A DNA stretch of 35,824 nucleotides from Abditibacteriaceae bacterium (GTDB lineage Bacteria > Armatimonadota > Abditibacteriia > Abditibacteriales > Abditibacteriaceae). The stretch covers positions 1 to 35,824 of the forward strand of contig JANPJS010000121.1 of the NCBI GenBank assembly GCA_031425655.1. Direction: 5' to 3'. The translations under genes were made by a program, and so were the position numbers. Under the pieces are notes generated by a model. That model made no database searches, was not told the origin of the DNA, and saw only the letters and a list, made by a program, of their open reading frames with translations. Of the stretch, positions 35,791-35,824 are shown piece after piece; position 1 is the first letter of the stretch, and each line of letters opens with the position of its first letter.

Positions 35791-35824
35791 CTTCCCTCCC
35801 TCCGGGAGGGAGAGAGGGAGGGCA
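35791..35824. repeat. Partial CCCTCCC/GGGAGGG REP-like hairpin at the window edge
   Basis: cttccctccctccgggagggagagagggagggca resembles the right arm of the cores at 623-886 and 25558-25590. Confidence 0.55.

Noticed and set aside
35731..35824. yybP-ykoY (Mn) riboswitch upstream of mntA
   Set aside because: No recognisable conserved core in the available sequence. The G/C hairpin matches the REP-like family and the region is truncated by the window edge.

Overview
Bacterial chromosomal window. The gene set suggests Abditibacteriota/Armatimonadota, but that is inference. It opens with nested miniature inverted-repeat elements and a small unlisted membrane-protein ORF. A minus-strand block follows: three zinc-ribbon membrane proteins, a GspE/PilB ATPase, a DUF1559-type prepilin, arsC, a DUF6428 gene, a PhoR-like kinase and rimO. 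The prepilin and the zinc-ribbon/ATPase unit are each preceded by three 11-bp-period Pho-box-like repeats. A plus-strand block has three Flp pilins, two of them bracketing a pair of paralogous GT-C-like membrane proteins, then a 2869-aa TPR/alpha-2-macroglobulin-like protein with no thioester motif and an SLH module in its bait region. The rest: two Tat-signal enzymes, a large lipoprotein, an orphan kinase with three near-identical PAS repeats, and a Mn/Zn ABC operon whose two permeases both carry DtxR-like domains. No rRNA, tRNA, CRISPR array or transposase was seen. Best candidates for an undescribed system: (1) a phosphate-regulated pseudopilin/ATPase/zinc-ribbon module, (2) a flp-GT-C-GT-C-flp pilin-modification cassette, (3) the mosaic-bait A2M, (4) the four-layer nested MITE/REP structure.
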